Shown here piece after piece: positions 48,579 to 56,796 of a stretch of DNA of 56,796 nt (the stretch's first letter is position 1; every line of letters begins with the position of its first letter). The notes beneath the pieces are model-generated. The model was not told the DNA's origin and did no database searches. It worked only from the letters and a program-made list of their open reading frames with translations. The stretch comes from an uncultured Candidatus Saccharibacteria bacterium (lineage in GTDB: Bacteria > Patescibacteriota > Saccharimonadia > CAILAD01 > GCA-016700035). Both the position numbers and the translations under genes were made by a program. The stretch is taken from the NCBI GenBank assembly GCA_964391595.1, contig CAYMMM010000003.1, forward strand, positions 1 through 56,796, read 5' to 3'.

Positions 48579-49118
48579 TTGAATAAGAAGAAAGTGCTGG
48601 CCGTTGGGTTAGCTTCACTCGGCATAGCAGGTGTACTCGGGAGTGGTGCTGCTCTTGCAGAAACTGGTTCGGGGAGCACGCTTGCAGAAAAAATAGCTAC
48701 TCATTTTAACCTCAACAAAGATGAGGTGCAGAAGGTTCTCGACCAGGATCGCGCTGATCACCAAGCTGATCGTGAGAAGCAGTACGAAGAGCGCTTGCAG
48801 AAAGCCGTTGATGATAAGAAAATTACTTCCGAGCAGCGAGACAAAATTCTCGCGAAGCACAAAGAGCTCGAGTCGTACTTCGAGTCACAACGCGATGCTA
48901 TGAAAGACAAGACACCACAAGAGCGTCGGGATGCTATGAAGACCAAGATGGATGAGATCACGCAATGGGAAAAAGACAATAATATCCCCGCTGGATATCT
49001 GCATCCTGGTGGTCCAGGTATGGGTCATGGGTCTGGGCGTGGTAAGGGCATGATGCATGGTGGCTCGGACAGCAATGATCCGGCGCCGGATGTAAGCCCT
49101 AGCTCGCAAGTACAGTAG
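48579..49118 (+). CDS. Secreted helical protein with LTxxQ-like repeats and a Gly/His/Met-rich tail (Spy/CpxP-like)
   Basis: TTG start 7 nt after AAAGGAG. Signal peptide, ITSEQRDKI and TPQERRDAM motifs, and the tail GPGMGHGSGRGKGMMHGG. Confidence 0.6.
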   Translation: MNKKKVLAVGLASLGIAGVLGSGAALAETGSGSTLAEKIATHFNLNKDEVQKVLDQDRADHQADREKQYEERLQKAVDDKKITSEQRDKILAKHKELESYFESQRDAMKDKTPQERRDAMKTKMDEITQWEKDNNIPAGYLHPGGPGMGHGSGRGKGMMHGGSDSNDPAPDVSPSSQVQ

Positions 49119-49148
49119 TTTGTATCACATCAAGGATAGTCTTACCGT

Positions 49149-49176
49149 AATAGTGCCAGCAGCAGCTGGTACTATT
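49149..49176 (+). terminator. Intrinsic terminator
   Basis: AATAGTGCCAGC-AGCA-GCTGGTACTATT followed by TATTATTT. Confidence 0.65.
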
Positions 49177-49220
49177 TATTATTTCAGTTTATTCTCAGCT
49201 AGGAGTATAATACTCTGATT

Positions 49221-49892
49221 ATGAAGATTCTCATCATTGAAGATGAATATAAGATTGCGAACGCGTTGAAGCGAGGGCTCGAGCAAGAGCGTTATTCTGC
49301 CGAAGCCGTCTACGATGGTGAGTCGGGCTTATCTGCTGCTGAAGCCGAAGACTATGATCTGATAGTACTCGATCGTATGCTTCCTGGGGTCGATGGTCTA
49401 GAGGTTTGTCGGCGCTTGCGTGACGCTGATAATAAGACGCCCATCCTCATGTTGACAGCAAAAGACCAGGTGCGTGATCGAGTGGCTGGTCTCGATGCCG
49501 GGGCGGATGATTATCTCGTCAAGCCATTTGCCTTCGAGGAGCTTTTGGCTCGCATTCGCGCGCTCTTGCGTCGCCCGAACCAAGCCCAGGACACGGTACT
49601 TAGGGTGGGCGATCTCACGCTCGATCCTGCTACCTTTTCTGTAGCGCGATCAGAGAAGCCTATCGAGCTGTCGGCAAAGGAGTTTGCACTGCTTGAGTAC
49701 CTCATGCGCAATGAGGGTCGTGTGGTCAACAAGGATACCATCATCTCGCATGTGTGGGAGTACGATGCTGACATCTTGCCAAATACTGTGGAGGTATACG
49801 TCGGGTATTTACGCAATAAAATCGATCGACCGTTTAAGAACGACCTCATCAAGACGAAACGAGGCTTTGGGTATGTACTCTCAGCTTCATAA
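49221..49892 (+). CDS. OmpR/PhoB-family response regulator
   Basis: Receiver domain (LIVLDRMLPG) plus a winged-helix output (LSAKEFALLEYLM, RGFGY). Confidence 0.92.
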   Translation: MKILIIEDEYKIANALKRGLEQERYSAEAVYDGESGLSAAEAEDYDLIVLDRMLPGVDGLEVCRRLRDADNKTPILMLTAKDQVRDRVAGLDAGADDYLVKPFAFEELLARIRALLRRPNQAQDTVLRVGDLTLDPATFSVARSEKPIELSAKEFALLEYLMRNEGRVVNKDTIISHVWEYDADILPNTVEVYVGYLRNKIDRPFKNDLIKTKRGFGYVLSAS

Positions 49893-50907
49893 GAGACTGT
49901 TGCGTGTGCGAAAGCGCCTGATCGGCCTCCCGCCAGCTACAAAGCTGACAGCGGGCTATCTTGCGATTATCATGACATTGTCGATTGGCTTTAGTGTAGT
50001 GTTATTCCAAATATCTGCAAACCAACTGCATCGAGGTTTGCGGCGCCCAGCGATTGGTGTCGATGCTGAGCTGCCGCAGTTTTTTGACTTGTACGAACGT
50101 ACACGCTTGCAGCAGATTTTTTCGGCAGAGTCAGAACTCCGCTCTAATCTCGTATTGTTTAATATCTTCGTACTTTTGGCGGGTGGAGGGGCGAGTTACG
50201 TGCTGGCGAAACGAACGATTCGCCCGATCGAAGAAGCGCTTGAAGCCCAGAAGCGCTTCACTGCCGATGCTTCGCATGAATTGCGTACGCCTCTCACCGC
50301 TATGCAAACCGAGATCGAGGTGGCCTTGCGCGACCCCAAGCTGAAGCCTTCGGAAGCTCGAGCATTACTTCAAAGTAATCTTGATGAAGTTGTGCGTGTG
50401 CAGCTCCTTGTCGAGGGCCTACTGCGACTTGCCAGGAAAGGCGAACTCGATATTCGTAAGCGTGTGAAGATAGCCGACCCTATGATGGCTGCCATAAAAA
50501 GGGTGCGCCAAGCTGCGCAGCAAAATCATGTCAGTCTGAAGCTGGACGCTCCAGTTGCACGTGTGGCTATAGATCCTGGTGCTATTGAGGAAGTGCTTGT
50601 CATCTTGCTCGATAATGCCATCAAGTATGGTCCACAAAATTCCACCGTTTCTCTCAAGGCTCACCAGGAGCGAGATACGCTTGTCTTGGAAGTGCGTGAT
50701 CAGGGCGAAGGGATTGCTGATGAGGATATCCCGCATCTTTTCGAACGCTTTTATCGTGGTGATAAGAGCAGGACCAAGCAGTCGGTGGAAGGCTTTGGCT
50801 TAGGATTGTCGATCGCCAAGCAAATCATCGAAGCCCATAAAGGTTCAATTCGCGTCTCGTCTGGGCCTGATGGCTCAACTTTCTCAATAAACCTGCCCTT
50901 GGGCTAG
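49873..50907 (+). CDS. Sensor histidine kinase, partner of the OmpR-type regulator
   Basis: The ATG at 49873 overlaps the regulator's stop by 20 nt. Two TM helices, H-box SHELRTPLT, N-box LDNAIKYG and G-box GFGLGLSI. Confidence 0.88.
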   Translation: MYSQLHKRLLRVRKRLIGLPPATKLTAGYLAIIMTLSIGFSVVLFQISANQLHRGLRRPAIGVDAELPQFFDLYERTRLQQIFSAESELRSNLVLFNIFVLLAGGGASYVLAKRTIRPIEEALEAQKRFTADASHELRTPLTAMQTEIEVALRDPKLKPSEARALLQSNLDEVVRVQLLVEGLLRLARKGELDIRKRVKIADPMMAAIKRVRQAAQQNHVSLKLDAPVARVAIDPGAIEEVLVILLDNAIKYGPQNSTVSLKAHQERDTLVLEVRDQGEGIADEDIPHLFERFYRGDKSRTKQSVEGFGLGLSIAKQIIEAHKGSIRVSSGPDGSTFSINLPLG

Positions 50908-50925
50908 CTCAGATCATGGTGCTTA

Positions 50926-52011
50926 CTAGGGCAGCTTGTCGGCATCTCGTACCCTAGGCATCGAATAGAGCTGACTAACGGTCTGATTCACCCCGAAATG
51001 CGTCGAGACAGCTGAGCTATAACCAGCATTACGGACAGCATTTATCACACTTTGGTTGTAGCTACCGTACGGATACGCGAAGTGTCGTATTGGATGACCT
51101 AGTTGTGTCTCAATTTCCGTTTTATTCTGTGTGATCTCGAATTGTAGTAAACTACTTTGAACTGAGGGCAGCGAGAGATGATCGACTGTGTGACCACCAA
51201 TCTCTATGAGCCCACTTTGATCTAGCTGGCGTATTTGATCCCAGGTCAAATAATTGTCGCCGCAACTAGTGTTTGTTCGGTTTGCGCCAATGCAATAGTG
51301 GCTAGCGTCGCCTCCCGAAATGATATAAAAAACCGCTTTCATATTGTGTTTTTTGAGAGCAGCGAATGCTGCCAGCTGATCTGTAAAACCGTCATCAAAT
51401 GTAATGACCAGTGGCTTGCCCGCGATTGGTCTTCGGGATCGCAGCGCGGTCTCGACTTCATCCAGCGTCACAGTTGAGTAGCCCTTCTGCTGCAAGCGTG
51501 TGAGGATGTCATCAAAACGATCGGGTGTCTTATGATAGATAAGTATGGGAATTTGTAGATTAAACTCTAGCGGAGTAGGTCTCGGAGTTGAGCTGGATGC
51601 GAGATTTTGTTTTTTTTCGATCTGGTCTATGGTAATTGCCCAGCGTTGAAGGTTATCCGAAAGAGCTCGCATTTTTTCACGAGCCTCAGGGTAGTCGAGG
51701 GCATCCACCTCGGCGTGAACGATGACGAAGGCCTGCGCAACATCAGCTGAATCGAAAACTTTTGCATTGTCCTTTTGCTGCCGTAATTCGAGATCTTTTG
51801 CCCGCTGCTCGAGCTTCGCAAGGTCGTCGTGGATGTCTTGTGCAATGCGTACATCGATGCCTGTCGACTCGTGTCGGGGTGACGCAGAGATACGCCATAC
51901 ATCATAGCCAGTAACGAGTAGGAGTAGTATAAGCACAACACTGTATGCTAGACGAGCGAGAAATAGCGACTGGCTGGCAGTTATGGCACTTTTTTTGCTA
52001 TTGTGCGGCAT
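50926..52011 (-). CDS. Membrane-anchored polysaccharide deacetylase (NodB/CE4 domain)
   Basis: N-terminal TM and coiled coil, then TFDDGFTDQ and GGHTVDH motifs. Confidence 0.85.
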   Translation of the reverse strand: MPHNSKKSAITASQSLFLARLAYSVVLILLLLVTGYDVWRISASPRHESTGIDVRIAQDIHDDLAKLEQRAKDLELRQQKDNAKVFDSADVAQAFVIVHAEVDALDYPEAREKMRALSDNLQRWAITIDQIEKKQNLASSSTPRPTPLEFNLQIPILIYHKTPDRFDDILTRLQQKGYSTVTLDEVETALRSRRPIAGKPLVITFDDGFTDQLAAFAALKKHNMKAVFYIISGGDASHYCIGANRTNTSCGDNYLTWDQIRQLDQSGLIEIGGHTVDHLSLPSVQSSLLQFEITQNKTEIETQLGHPIRHFAYPYGSYNQSVINAVRNAGYSSAVSTHFGVNQTVSQLYSMPRVRDADKLP

Positions 52012-52054
52012 GTATCGAAACGCTATTTTACTATAATGCCATACAGTATGGTGA

Positions 52055-52696
52055 TCATTTCATACCCCTATGTTTTGGAAGTACCGCACTCATTGGCTTG
52101 GCCATAGTATGTGATCGTTTGAGCTTCAAGAAGAATCCGACTGCAAGCGTGACCAGGCTAACTATGACGATTCCTGCACCGCTCGCTAGGAGTATGCCAG
52201 CCTCGTCCCATGCCCAGCGTGGCGAAACGAAGCTATAGGTATAGTTTGCTTTGTCTATCGCTCGTGGTTTTGCAGGATTCTGCCCGGTCGTTACATGTGT
52301 ATCCACGTAGTCGCGGATACATTTTGCAGCACTGACTGAGTTGAGCTTCACGGGACAGGCTTGGACAGCATCCTTATATACGTCGATATTAAATCGAGAC
52401 CCCGCTTCGGCATCAGTCTTGGCTTGAGCGACATCGCGTTCGTATTTACTCTCGAGGGTCACATGTGCACTGGCGTTCATGTGTGTGGTGCTGTATTTCT
52501 TCAAGTCATCAAGAAGCTTTGAGACGTCTTCTTTGCGCTGGTCGGCTGCGGTAATCGCCTCAACTTTGCTGTATGCATTCATGCGATTATTCCTCAGTGC
52601 GAAAACTCCACCGGCTAGCAACAAGCAGCCGATAAGTATACTGATTCCGAGGAGTGCTTTTTTCATCTCTAGAATTATAGCGGTATTTGCGATCAT
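52055..52696 (-). CDS. Hypothetical protein with N- and C-terminal TM helices
   Basis: No family recognised. A more likely start is the ATG at 52666 (MKKALLG), 7 nt after a TATAAT. Confidence 0.55.
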   Translation of the reverse strand: MIANTAIILEMKKALLGISILIGCLLLAGGVFALRNNRMNAYSKVEAITAADQRKEDVSKLLDDLKKYSTTHMNASAHVTLESKYERDVAQAKTDAEAGSRFNIDVYKDAVQACPVKLNSVSAAKCIRDYVDTHVTTGQNPAKPRAIDKANYTYSFVSPRWAWDEAGILLASGAGIVIVSLVTLAVGFFLKLKRSHTMAKPMSAVLPKHRGMK

Positions 52697-52794
52697 TTGT
52701 TAGCGATATGCATGGCAACTCACTCTCAGTAAAAAGATGAACCCACCTCGACGCCGAAGCGAAGGGTGGGTTGTTTGTGGTGCCGACCCGGAGG

Positions 52795-52920
52795 TCAGTG
52801 GCGGAAGTGAGATTTCAGCATGATGCCGATGATCACCGCCAGGCAGACCGACTCTATCCAGCCGTGCCAGCGAATGCCCTCGAGAAGCTCGATGATGCGC
52901 TGTGCCTGTTCGTGTGTCAT
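52795..52920 (-). CDS. Unannotated 41-aa membrane peptide (MTHEQAQRIIELLEGIRWHGWIESVCLAVIIGIMLKSHFRH) in high-GC islet 2
   Basis: An AAGGAG SD lies 6 nt upstream of the ATG. It starts 23 nt after the stop of the preceding gene, and a hairpin plus T-tract follows. It falls below the ORF-track length cut-off. Confidence 0.45.
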   Translation of the reverse strand: MTHEQAQRIIELLEGIRWHGWIESVCLAVIIGIMLKSHFRH

Positions 52921-52943
52921 GGTGACTCCTTGTCTCGCGCGGA

Positions 52944-53324
52944 CTAGCCGCAGCGGTTGGGGACGGTGAGCAGGGCACCGATCTGCAGTCTGCCATCGGC
53001 CTTGGGGTCGATGCCGGCGATGCCAGCATTCTCGGGCATGTAGCCGAGGCTGACCAGGACTTCACCCTTGTTGGCGGTCACGCCGCCTTTGATCTCACGG
53101 GCGATGATGCCGTTGATCGTGTCGTCCGGCATGACGACCACCGGGTGGGTCTTGCCGGATCCGATCGTGCAGTCGGCTGGGTTCGTGTCGACCTTTAAGA
53201 TCCAGACGAACATCCAAATGACGATGAGCGCCAGGAAGGGGATGGCGAGCAGGTAGTACCCACTCGAGTGATCGGGGTTCTGGGTTCGCGTGGCGGGGTT
53301 CTGGGGGTACGTCGTCTGGGTCAT
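52944..53324 (-). CDS. Membrane-anchored protein with a LysM-like C-terminal domain (high-GC islet 2)
   Basis: The ATG at 53324 follows GAAGGAGGG. One TM, then a VVVMPDDTINGIIA...LQIGALLTVP pattern. The ORF-track TTG start at 53396 is in fact the -35 box. Confidence 0.6.
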   Translation of the reverse strand: MTQTTYPQNPATRTQNPDHSSGYYLLAIPFLALIVIWMFVWILKVDTNPADCTIGSGKTHPVVVMPDDTINGIIAREIKGGVTANKGEVLVSLGYMPENAGIAGIDPKADGRLQIGALLTVPNRCG

Positions 53325-53367
53325 GGACCCTCCTTCTCTTGATGTCGGGGAATTGACGAACTGCACC

Positions 53368-53396
53368 ATATTATCACAAAAACGTCTATATGTCAA
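53368..53396 (-). promoter_or_regulatory. Consensus promoter driving high-GC islet 2
   Basis: Minus strand: TTGACA (53396..53391), 17-nt spacer, TAATAT (53373..53368), located in the AT-rich flank. Confidence 0.5.
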
Positions 53397-53454
53397 GTAT
53401 TAATCACGGATTGCAGAGGTGCAGCATAAGCATTTTTCAGATATACTATGAAAT

Positions 53455-54879
53455 ATGACGCATATACACGCTGACAGATACAAGAAGACCAAAATCATTG
53501 CTACTATCGGCCCCGCCACAGAGGATAAAATACCCGAGTTGCTGGCTTCTGGGGTGAATGGTGTGCGACTCAATCTGTCACACAATACGCATGCTTGGCA
53601 CGCCAAGATTATCGACAAAGTGAGGACAGCTGCGAAGAAGCTCGATCGTTCAGTGGCTATTATGTGGGATTTGCAGGGGCCAAAAATCCGTGTCGGTGAG
53701 GTCGAAGGCTTGATCGAAGTGAAGGCTGGTGATGAGATCAAATTTGCCGAAGTGAGTAACGGTATGTCGCCCGAAGGCGTGCTTCCTATCCAATACAACA
53801 TCGCACCGCATGTGAAGGTTGGTGATCGGATTATGATCCGTGATGGTGTCATTACGACTGAGGTTACGAAAGTCCAAAACGGCGTTGTCACGGTCAAGGC
53901 AAAAAATGCTGGTAAATTCGGTAGTAACCATGGGGTGAATCTTCCGGACACGATCTTTCACGGCTCAAAGTTGACCGAGAAAGACATGGAAGATGTGCGC
54001 TTTGGTCTGGCGCGTGATATCGACTACATTGTGTTGTCGTTTGTGCATACAGCCGAAGACATCGATACCTTGAGGGCGATGATCAAGAAGCGCAAGAAGA
54101 AAGTTCGGATTATTACCAAGATCGAGACGAAGCCGGCGACTGAGAATCTGCATTCGATCATGATGGCCAGTGACGTGGTCATGATCGCACGCGGTGACTT
54201 GGCGCTCGAGACCAGTCCTGAGCAAGTCCCGATTATTGGGCGCAAGATCATCGAGATGGGGCGTGAGTACAAGACTCCGGTGATCATGGCGACGCAGATG
54301 CTTGAGAGTATGACGTCATCACCCAGCCCGACTCGTGCTGAAGCAAACGACGTCGCGACCGCCGTGTCTCTCGGTGTTGATGCGGTCATGCTGTCGGGCG
54401 AAACGGCGATCGGTGCCTTCGCGGTTGATGCGGTGGCGATGATGAAACGGATTATTCTTTCTACCGAACAGTATATGCGTGATAGCGGTGATCTCACTAT
54501 GCTGTCACGGGACTTAAATGCGACTGACAATGCGCAAAGTGCGGTGGCGATGGCGGCTTTGACGCTCGCAAATCACGTGGGCGCACAACTCATCCTCGCG
54601 GAGACAGTGAGTGGCGCGACAGCGCAGTCAATATCGTCGTTGCGTCCAGACGCTGCGATCATCATGGCTAGCCCGGATGTGCAGGTATGCAATCAGTTGG
54701 CAATCATCTGGGGATCGAAGCCCTACAAGGTGCCGCGCCGTCGTTATATCCAGGCTCGTCTCGTCAAGTCACTGGTGCATAAGGGCGCTTTGAAGAGCGG
54801 CGATTATGTCGTCTCAGCCTTTGGCACGCACGCCGGCAAGACGGGCGCAACTGACACCGTTCGACTTCTGGTGGCCTAG
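53455..54879 (+). CDS. pyk: Pyruvate kinase
   Basis: TKIIATIGPA, N-domain GVNGVRLNLSH, MIARGDLA and MLSGETA motifs. 474 aa. Confidence 0.95.
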   Translation: MTHIHADRYKKTKIIATIGPATEDKIPELLASGVNGVRLNLSHNTHAWHAKIIDKVRTAAKKLDRSVAIMWDLQGPKIRVGEVEGLIEVKAGDEIKFAEVSNGMSPEGVLPIQYNIAPHVKVGDRIMIRDGVITTEVTKVQNGVVTVKAKNAGKFGSNHGVNLPDTIFHGSKLTEKDMEDVRFGLARDIDYIVLSFVHTAEDIDTLRAMIKKRKKKVRIITKIETKPATENLHSIMMASDVVMIARGDLALETSPEQVPIIGRKIIEMGREYKTPVIMATQMLESMTSSPSPTRAEANDVATAVSLGVDAVMLSGETAIGAFAVDAVAMMKRIILSTEQYMRDSGDLTMLSRDLNATDNAQSAVAMAALTLANHVGAQLILAETVSGATAQSISSLRPDAAIIMASPDVQVCNQLAIIWGSKPYKVPRRRYIQARLVKSLVHKGALKSGDYVVSAFGTHAGKTGATDTVRLLVA

Positions 54880-54880
54880 T

Positions 54881-55234
54881 ATGAGCCGAGAGAAAATTGC
54901 TAAGGGGTTGTGGCTGTTGCAGCTCGCACTTGAGGCAGCCATGGGAATACATTTTTCCACTGCTATAACACGCGAATATATAGACAGTCTTCAGCCACAG
55001 GCAGTATGTGAGCTCTGTAATATTGCCCCACCACGGTCGCTGCTGGAGATTATTCTTAATAAGCATCAGTTTGTATTTCTGTGGCTGCCTATGCTGCTCG
55101 TTTCATTAGTGAGTGTTTACATGCTTTTTATTAAGAAGAAGCGAACACCAAAAATATCCGTAGCGCTCGTCTCAGTTGTCGCCAAAATCGGGTATATATA
55201 CATTTGTAGTTTGATTTACTCCGCACTGCCTTAG
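54881..55234 (+). CDS. Small membrane protein, unknown function
   Basis: The ATG lies 1 nt after the pyk stop. There are two C-terminal hydrophobic helices. Confidence 0.45.
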   Translation: MSREKIAKGLWLLQLALEAAMGIHFSTAITREYIDSLQPQAVCELCNIAPPRSLLEIILNKHQFVFLWLPMLLVSLVSVYMLFIKKKRTPKISVALVSVVAKIGYIYICSLIYSALP

Positions 55235-55290
55235 GCGCTAGGATCTTGCCTTTGATAGCATAAGCACTTTCGCGGTATACTAAGAGCACT

Positions 55291-56052
55291 ATGGCACGCA
55301 AAACGTACATTGTCGGCAATTGGAAAATGCACCTCAGTCCCAGTGAGTCGAGTTTATTTGTAGCCAGACTACTGAAAGAAGTTCCGAAAGTCCCTGCAGG
55401 TGTCGAGGCGGTCCTGTGTCCACCGGTGGTTGACCTTACAACAGTACGATCTGAGCTGCGCGGTCACGATCATTTCAAGGTGGGGGTGCAGAATATTTAT
55501 CCCGCCGATGAGGGTGCATATACGGGAGAGACGAGTGCAGCCATGGTTGAGGATCTCGCGCAGTACGCCATCGTAGGTCACTCTGAGCGGCGGCATGTCT
55601 TTGGCGAGCGCGATGGAATAATCGCACAGAAGCTCGCAGCCTGTCTGCGTCATGGAGTCACACCGATATTGTGTGTCGGCGAAACTGGGCACGACCGAAG
55701 TAATGGCCATGCTGCTCAAGTGGTCGCCGACCAGCTCGAGGCAGCACTTACTCTGCTCACCCCAGAGGAGCTACACGACATCGTTATTGCCTATGAGCCG
55801 GTCTGGGCGATCGGGACGGGTGAGAATGCCACTGCCCAGGATGCAGCTGAGATGTTTAGTGTCATTCGCGCATGGCTGCAAGTGCGACATACGCCTGCGA
55901 TTGCGAAGTCGGTACCACTCTTGTATGGCGGCTCAGTGAAGGCAGACAACGCGGGGCAATATCTTGCGCTCGATGATTGCGCTGGTTTACTCGTCGGTGG
56001 GGCTAGTGTGAACTACAAAGAGTTTGCCGGCATACTCAACGCCGCAAAATAG
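55291..56052 (+). CDS. tpiA: Triosephosphate isomerase
   Basis: GNWKMH, IVGHSERR, AYEPVWAIGTG and GGSV motifs. Confidence 0.95.
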   Translation: MARKTYIVGNWKMHLSPSESSLFVARLLKEVPKVPAGVEAVLCPPVVDLTTVRSELRGHDHFKVGVQNIYPADEGAYTGETSAAMVEDLAQYAIVGHSERRHVFGERDGIIAQKLAACLRHGVTPILCVGETGHDRSNGHAAQVVADQLEAALTLLTPEELHDIVIAYEPVWAIGTGENATAQDAAEMFSVIRAWLQVRHTPAIAKSVPLLYGGSVKADNAGQYLALDDCAGLLVGGASVNYKEFAGILNAAK

Positions 56053-56150
56053 TCATTCTTGCTGCCACGTGCTTGATAAAACACCCTGTAGTCTGTACAC
56101 TTATGCACGAAAATAAGCGCAAAATCTAAGCCCAGAAATAAGGAGTATTC

Positions 56151-56681
56151 ATGTCTCTCAAGAATGTTGGTATCGGCGACAAAGCCCCCGAAATCGTTAA
56201 CGTCATTATCGAAAATCCACGTGGTCAGTCACGAAATAAATATGAGGCTGACAAGGATACCGGGGTTATCTTTCTCGATCGCGTGAATGCTGTCACTTTG
56301 AGCTATGTTGCAGATTATGGTTATCTTCCAGAAACACTCGGAGATGACGGTGATCCGCTTGATGCGTATATTGTAATTGATGAGCCTCTCCATCCTGGTG
56401 TTGTTGTTCCCGCTCGCGTGATAGGTATGATGAAGATGACCGACGAGGGTGAGGGTGACGAGAAACTCATTTGCGTCGCTAGTAAGGACGTGAGCAAGGA
56501 TCATATCAAGCATGTCGATGACCTCGGACCGACTTTTAAGAAAATGATCGAGCACTTCCATGGTCACCTCAAGGATTGGAAGAACGATTGGACTGGTGTC
56601 GAGACCTCATTCGACGGTTGGTTTGGGCCAGATGAAGCGTACGCGGTTATCCAGCGTGCGCAAGACTCAGCCAAGAACTAG
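56151..56681 (+). CDS. ppa: Inorganic pyrophosphatase (family I)
   Basis: NKYE, DGDPLD and D..D..L motifs. AAGGAG SD upstream. 176 aa. Confidence 0.95.
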   Translation: MSLKNVGIGDKAPEIVNVIIENPRGQSRNKYEADKDTGVIFLDRVNAVTLSYVADYGYLPETLGDDGDPLDAYIVIDEPLHPGVVVPARVIGMMKMTDEGEGDEKLICVASKDVSKDHIKHVDDLGPTFKKMIEHFHGHLKDWKNDWTGVETSFDGWFGPDEAYAVIQRAQDSAKN

Positions 56682-56696
56682 GCATAAATATCTTTA

Positions 56697-56726
56697 ATAT
56701 AAGGCACTCTGTCGAGTGTCTTATAT
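56697..56726. terminator. Bidirectional hairpin after ppa
   Basis: ATATAAGGCACTC-TGTC-GAGTGTCTTATAT, a 13-bp stem with one G-T pair. Confidence 0.55.
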
Positions 56727-56796
56727 TATTGCCCTGGGGCGAGCGTGAGGCTTAAGCCTCGTAGAGCAATTGTGATCTCATCGACGACTTCCTTGG

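Noticed and set aside
53325-53396. TTG start at 53396 for the LysM-like protein ORF.
   Set aside because: That TTG is part of a TTGACA -35 hexamer with a TAATAT -10 box 17 nt downstream. The ATG at 53324 has a GAAGGAGGG SD.
56726-56796. Possible 3' end of a minus-strand gene at the window edge (…KEVVDEITIALRGLSLTLAPGQ*).
   Set aside because: Only about 23 codons are visible, which is too short to support a call. Its position after the bidirectional hairpin is at least consistent with a convergent gene.

Overview
This is a 56.8-kb, gene-dense bacterial window with about 50 CDS and one tRNA-Glu. I saw no rRNA, CRISPR array, transposase or integrase.

Housekeeping genes:
- ABC-F ATPase, aspS, pgk, eno, gmk, trhO, pyk, tpiA and ppa.
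- Two two-component systems.
- An F-type ATPase operon in the order atpF-H-A-G-D-C.

The genetic code looks standard: TGA ends several genes and is absent inside the conserved ones. The gene content suggests a reduced-genome, probably monoderm, episymbiotic lineage such as Saccharibacteria/Patescibacteria. The basis is scattered glycolysis genes, trimmed enzymes, many N-terminally anchored giant surface proteins and a sortase. This placement is inference only.

Accessory or unusual content:
1. Three large GLUG-repeat beta-helix surface proteins sit in an operon with a sortase. Two of them end in an LxAPN[TA]G motif with no membrane-spanning tail.
2. Two tandem paralogues share promoter, leader and a ...PSTGGGNTTN C-terminus, but have diverged cores.
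3. The ATPase operon has no atpB/atpE. That position holds a secreted protein ending in a c-subunit-like helical hairpin that lacks the carboxylate.
4. An AT-rich islet encodes a close homologue of eukaryotic guanidinoacetate N-methyltransferase, divergent from an ODC-type decarboxylase.
5. Two abrupt high-GC islets look actinobacterial. One encodes an LAxTG cell-wall-anchored protein.
6. A 1674-aa fibre-like adhesin carries tandem repeats and two CBM-like modules.
7. A promoter-driven ~300-nt non-coding region remains unclassified.

All functional calls come from motif recognition by eye. No database search or numeric computation was possible, so GC statements are visual estimates.
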